In this document: piece by piece, positions 59,732 to 64,000 of the stretch
Layout: each line of letters starts with the position of its first letter
Numbering within the stretch: position 1 is the first letter of the stretch
From: an uncultured Acidobacteriota bacterium
GTDB lineage: Bacteria; Acidobacteriota; UBA6911
NCBI GenBank assembly: GCA_963843575.1
Contig: CAWJKZ010000014.1
Coordinates: 448,001 to 512,000 of the forward strand
DNA: 64,000 nt
Reading direction: 5' to 3'
The notes under the pieces: model-generated
What the model was told of the DNA's origin: nothing
What the model saw: the letters and a program-made list of their open reading frames with translations, nothing else
The model's database searches: none
Program-made: the position numbers and the translations under genes

Positions 59732-61407
59732 TCGAGTCGCCTAGTCGTAAGAAGCAGCTGGCGCTTCTCCGGGGTCAATCGAAATAGGAGCAGGTTGTCC
59801 GTGTGTACGGCAAGAGCATACCCATCCGTCAACCTCGGGTCAATCTGGAGCGCGTTCCAGAACTCGTCGCCCTTCTCAAGGCAGAGCCAACCGACCTGCG
59901 AGCCGGGGGCACGCAGCGCCTGGTCCCACCGCCGGCGCCATCCCTCGTTGTAGACGAACTCCCGCACCGGCAGGCCGGAGTCGTAGACGAGCGGGGCCAA
60001 CTTGCCCATGTCGACGAGGATCCGGGTCGAATCGTACTGTGCGCGGAGAACCCGGAGGACTTGTTCCCTTTCGGGCTCGATAAACGCGTGTTCCAGCGTC
60101 TCGGACATAATCGGTTTCAACTCGCCGCGGAGCACCGGCAGGTGCATCCCGAGCAAGCTCAGGGCGAGCAGCGGCCAACGCCGCCACCCGGACGCCGACG
60201 CGAACAGGAACAGCACGAGCGCCGAGGCGGGCAGCAACAGGATGCCCGGGCCAGGCTGAAACGCCCGGTACCGCCATTCGGCCGGGAAATACCATGCCAG
60301 CCAGGGCAGCAGGATCGCCAGGCAAGCGACGGTCGTGAAGGTGCGCCGGACTGCCCGCTCCGAGCACAGCAGGAGGCTGCCGCAGATAGCGACGGCTGGC
60401 AGCAGCAGCACCGAGTAGCGCACCCGGTAGATGTGTCCCCAATACAGCGCGGCCACGTTGATGAGCGAGGGTGTCCAGAGCAAGGCAAGCGGGAGCCATT
60501 CTCGCATCCGGTCCCGGCGCATAAGCCCGTAGCAGACGCCCGCCACACCGACCGCGCATGCCAGGACCGACGCGATCTGCAGCAGCTCGCCCGCGTGGTA
60601 GGCGAGGGAAAACAGGGGGTGGTGAAACGTCTCGTACGGTGCCGGATTGCCCCGCGCCACGCGGACCAGGAATCCGTCGCGCAGTCGGAGATAGATGTAC
60701 CCAAAATGCAGCACCAGGGGACCCGCGAACAGTGCGGCGAACACGGCGGCGGCACGAAGCGCCCGCGCCCACGGCATCCGTTTCCACCAGGCATCCGCCC
60801 ACAGAAGTATCAGGACTCCTGCCAGGAATACCCACCCTTCGTAACGACAGAGGGCGCCAAGGCTGGCAAGGAAGGCCGCCACCCAGGGGCCGGACTCTCG
60901 CTCAGAAGCCCTCCAGGTCATCAGGGCGTCGGTCGCGCCGAGCAGAAGCGCGAGCGCCACCGGCTCGGTGAGCGGGCAACTCTGCAGATAGAGCAGGTTG
61001 GGGTTTGCCAGGAGCATGATCGCGGCAAACCAGCCGGCCGCGGGGAGCCCTGTCGCGCGCAGGGCGATCCGGAAGGCGAGCCAACCGGACAGGGCGAAGG
61101 CCGTCACCGAGATCAGGCTCGGGATGAGCCCTGAGCGATATTGGGAGTCGATCAAGACAAACGGCAGGTACAGCACGTGCAGCAAAGGCAGCCAGTGGCC
61201 GCCTAGCTGCATGTATCCCGGTTCCAGGGAATCGACGATGCGTCGGGCGACCACCAGGTGCGCTTTTGCGTCGTAGTGCGCCGTGGTCATTCCCCCCAGA
61301 AAATAGTGGAGGAAGGCCGCACCCCCGAGGCCGGTGCCCAGCAGGAGCACCGGCCACCCTCGCTGCGCCGGCGCATTCTTGCCCTCGGGGCCGGTTCCGT
61401 GGGTCAC
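59728..61407 (-). CDS. GT-C fold membrane glycosyltransferase (ArnT/PMT-like)
   Basis: Many TM helices, HYDAKAH, WLPL, LTE, RYEGW. Confidence 0.75.
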   Translation of the reverse strand: MTHGTGPEGKNAPAQRGWPVLLLGTGLGGAAFLHYFLGGMTTAHYDAKAHLVVARRIVDSLEPGYMQLGGHWLPLLHVLYLPFVLIDSQYRSGLIPSLISVTAFALSGWLAFRIALRATGLPAAGWFAAIMLLANPNLLYLQSCPLTEPVALALLLGATDALMTWRASERESGPWVAAFLASLGALCRYEGWVFLAGVLILLWADAWWKRMPWARALRAAAVFAALFAGPLVLHFGYIYLRLRDGFLVRVARGNPAPYETFHHPLFSLAYHAGELLQIASVLACAVGVAGVCYGLMRRDRMREWLPLALLWTPSLINVAALYWGHIYRVRYSVLLLPAVAICGSLLLCSERAVRRTFTTVACLAILLPWLAWYFPAEWRYRAFQPGPGILLLPASALVLFLFASASGWRRWPLLALSLLGMHLPVLRGELKPIMSETLEHAFIEPEREQVLRVLRAQYDSTRILVDMGKLAPLVYDSGLPVREFVYNEGWRRRWDQALRAPGSQVGWLCLEKGDEFWNALQIDPRLTDGYALAVHTDNLLLFRLTPEKRQLLLTTRRLE

Positions 61408-62696
61408 GGGTAGATCCTGTAGAGCATGCGCGGAAACGCGATCGTTTCCCGCAGATGATCCAGCTTGCAGATCCAGGCGACGACGCGTTCGATCCCCATC
61501 CCGAAACCGGCGTGGGGCACGGTGCCGTACTTGCGCAGGTCCAGGTACCACTGGAACGGCTCGCTCGGAAGGCCGTGCTCGTCCAGGCGCCGGCGGAGCA
61601 GCTCGAAGTCGTGGATGCGCTGACCGCCTCCTATGATCTCGCCATACCCCTCGGGCGCCAGCACGTCGACGCACAGCGCTACGTCAGGCCGCTCCGGATC
61701 GGGCTGCATGTAGAATGCCTTGATGGCGGAGGGATAGCGGTGAACCATCACGGGCGAGTTGTACTGGTTCGACAGAATCGTCTCGTCGCCGCCTCCGAAA
61801 TCGCCTCCCCACTCTATCTCCGAGCCTGATTGCCTCAGTTTTGCGACCGCCTCGTCATAGGAGACACGGGGGAAGGGGCGGACGACCTTCTCGAGCGCCG
61901 CGATGTCGCGCTCCAGGGTCTGCAGTTCGTTCCGTCGCCGCGCGAGCACCCGCTGAATGATGAAGAATATGAGCGATTCCGCCAGCTCCATGGTGTCCTC
62001 GAGGTCGGCATAGGCCACCTCGGGCTCGATCATCCAGAACTCCATCAGATGCCGGCGAGTTTTTGATTTCTCGGCCCGGAAGGTCGGGCCGAAACAGTAC
62101 ACCTTGCCGAAAGCCGCCGCGGTGGCCTCGTTGTAAAGCTGGCCGCTCTGGGTGAGGTAGGCCTTCTGGTCGAAGTATTCCGTTTCGAACAGGGTCGTGG
62201 TCCCTTCGCACGCGTTGGGGGTGAATATTGGTGTGTCCACCAACGTGAATCCCCTGTCGTCGAAAAAGTCCCGGCACGCGCGGATGACCTCGTGACGAAT
62301 CTTGAGAATCGCGTGCTGTCGCGAGCTGCGCAGCCACAAATGTCGGTGTTCCATCAGGAACGCGGTGCCGTGGTCCTTCGGTGTGATGGGGTAATCGCTT
62401 GCGATCTGACCCACCTCGAAGCCCGTCACTTCGAGTTCATAGCCTCCCGGCGCCCGCGGATCGTTCCGGACCTTCCCGCTCAGCTGCACGCTCGACTCCT
62501 GCGTCAGCCGGTCGAGAGCCTCGAACTGCTCGGGGGTGAAGTTCCCCTTGAATGCCACGCACTGCATGATCCCTGTCCCGTCGCGCAGCAGGATGAACTG
62601 CAGTTTGCCGCTGCTGCGCTTGTTGTACACCCAGCCGCGCAGCGTCACCTCGCCCCCCTCGTGCTGACCAATATCCTCGATATAAACGGAACTCAT
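61404..62696 (-). CDS. asnS: Asparagine--tRNA ligase
   Basis: [45 protein letters not shown]. Confidence 0.96.
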   Translation of the reverse strand: MSSVYIEDIGQHEGGEVTLRGWVYNKRSSGKLQFILLRDGTGIMQCVAFKGNFTPEQFEALDRLTQESSVQLSGKVRNDPRAPGGYELEVTGFEVGQIASDYPITPKDHGTAFLMEHRHLWLRSSRQHAILKIRHEVIRACRDFFDDRGFTLVDTPIFTPNACEGTTTLFETEYFDQKAYLTQSGQLYNEATAAAFGKVYCFGPTFRAEKSKTRRHLMEFWMIEPEVAYADLEDTMELAESLIFFIIQRVLARRRNELQTLERDIAALEKVVRPFPRVSYDEAVAKLRQSGSEIEWGGDFGGGDETILSNQYNSPVMVHRYPSAIKAFYMQPDPERPDVALCVDVLAPEGYGEIIGGGQRIHDFELLRRRLDEHGLPSEPFQWYLDLRKYGTVPHAGFGMGIERVVAWICKLDHLRETIAFPRMLYRIYP

Positions 62697-63298
62697 CTTC
62701 GTCCTTTCTCGACGCGGCGGTCGGGGTTCTCGTGACCGGCCGAGAATACCATGTGGCCCGGTTGTGTGTCGCAACTCTGGCAGAATTTCAAATAGAGAGC
62801 GTAGTAGCTGTCCCTGAGGAATTCGGACTCGTCGAAGCCGAGTAACGCCGCGACCCGCCGGATCACCGGCTCCGGCCCTTCCAGCTCGGCGTAATCCCCC
62901 ACCGGGGTTTCGTCCAGCGCCAGGCGCAATGCGGCGGCACCGGGGGCGCGCACCTCAAGCTCTTCCCGGTACTTCTGATACCGGAACCACACCTGCAGTC
63001 CGAGCCGGGCGAAAATCTCCAGGGCCGCAGCCGGGTCGGCAACGGGTGTCTCGATCTCCTCGCGAACCTTGAAAACACCCGTGGGCTGCGCCGGCCCTTT
63101 GAAGGTCAGCGATGAGTTCGCGCCTGCCGAGCGCACCCGCACCACGCAGGATTGTCCGCGCAACCGCCCGTCCGGGTAGTCGAGCAGATAGTTGTCCTCA
63201 AGGTGCCGAGCCGACAGCAGCATCGGCTTGAGCTCGTCCACACGGCGCCGGAAGCTCTCGGGATCTTTGATCTTGAGTTTGATTTCCGTCTCGTTCAA
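62693..63298 (-). CDS. CYTH-domain protein (class IV adenylate cyclase-like)
   Basis: ETEIK, LTFKG, REEIE, KYRE, ELEG. Confidence 0.9.
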   Translation of the reverse strand: MNETEIKLKIKDPESFRRRVDELKPMLLSARHLEDNYLLDYPDGRLRGQSCVVRVRSAGANSSLTFKGPAQPTGVFKVREEIETPVADPAAALEIFARLGLQVWFRYQKYREELEVRAPGAAALRLALDETPVGDYAELEGPEPVIRRVAALLGFDESEFLRDSYYALYLKFCQSCDTQPGHMVFSAGHENPDRRVEKGRR

Positions 63299-63468
63299 CG
63301 GGCAGCCTCCGCCCCAAAAGCTAATTCCCGCCCCTTGCTCTTGGCAAGAACAAAAGCGGTTAGGCGGCGTCCGCGGCAGGCCTGCGTTATTTTTCGACTT
63401 TTTGCCTTACCCCCGAGTCAAAACAGGCGTAGACAGAGAAGGAATCGAACCTCGAATGGGTGCAGTGG

Positions 63469-64000
63469 ATGGAAAACAGCCTGGACCCCGCGATCCCCAA
63501 GGGCCACCTGCCGAACTCGGTCTCTGACGAAGGTCTGCAGGAGCGGAGCTGGGTGAGCGCCAGCCAGAGGGGCGACACCCTGGCATTCAACCGGCTGGTG
63601 TTGAAGTGGGAAAAGGCGATCTTCAACCTGACGCTCCGGATGCTGCAGGACCCGGACGAAGCGGCGGAGGCGGCACAGGACGTTTTCCTCTCCGCTTTCA
63701 GAAGCATACGGCATTTTAGGCAGGACGCGCGGTTCTCGACGTGGCTCTACCGCATAGCGGTAAACCACTGCATCACGAGGCTGAGGCGACGACCGCCGGG
63801 TGTTCACTATTCGCTCGACGACACACGCGACGACGTGCCGCTTTCCGAAAGGCTGCCGGCCGTCGCCTCGCACGAAGGCGACTTGCTGAGGGACGAAAGC
63901 CAGAAGCGGGTCCGCATTGCCCTGACGTTTCTTCCCGCGGAGCAGCGGGCCGTTGTTGAACTCAAGTTCTTCCAGGAACTGACGTTCGAGGAAATCGCAG
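63469..64000 (+). CDS. ECF sigma factor (RpoE-like), partial
   Basis: Manual translation: GDTLAFNRLV..., AQDVFL, FSTWLYRIAVN, ELKFFQELTFEEIA. Confidence 0.88.
   Translation, partial: MENSLDPAIPKGHLPNSVSDEGLQERSWVSASQRGDTLAFNRLVLKWEKAIFNLTLRMLQDPDEAAEAAQDVFLSAFRSIRHFRQDARFSTWLYRIAVNHCITRLRRRPPGVHYSLDDTRDDVPLSERLPAVASHEGDLLRDESQKRVRIALTFLPAEQRAVVELKFFQELTFEEIA

Overview
GC-rich bacterial chromosome window, most likely Acidobacteriota (inferred from gene families, split nuo/atp operons and an ECF-kinase pair). Left core block (1-26.5 kb): bshB1/bshC-like, dapA-like, tsaE, nnr, M48 peptidase, TolC, pilD with minor pilins split by trpD, menG, aroB, thiG/thiS, nuoE-J-K-L-M-N, greA, the Fo genes atpZ/I/B/E and tRNA-Ser(CGA). 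Accessory-looking tract (26.5-52.5 kb, no integrase): ECF sigma/Ser-Thr kinase pair, phosphatases, a type III PKS-methyltransferase-ACP-KAS cluster, EfpL, GH172, a secreted kinase-like protein, a Mo-oxidoreductase and several TAA-flanked MITE/REP elements. Right block: pilin, a second stand-alone nuoL-nuoM pair, coaE, a GT-C glycosyltransferase, asnS, CYTH and a partial ECF sigma. Top candidate: the second NuoL has a 26-residue tandem duplication in its lateral helix, the published signature of '2M' complex I, while the main operon keeps a short NuoL. This suggests an exchangeable module that switches complex I between three and four antiporter-like subunits. The frameshifts in nnr, nuoM, the kinase and the Mo enzyme are all +1 and are probably sequencing errors.
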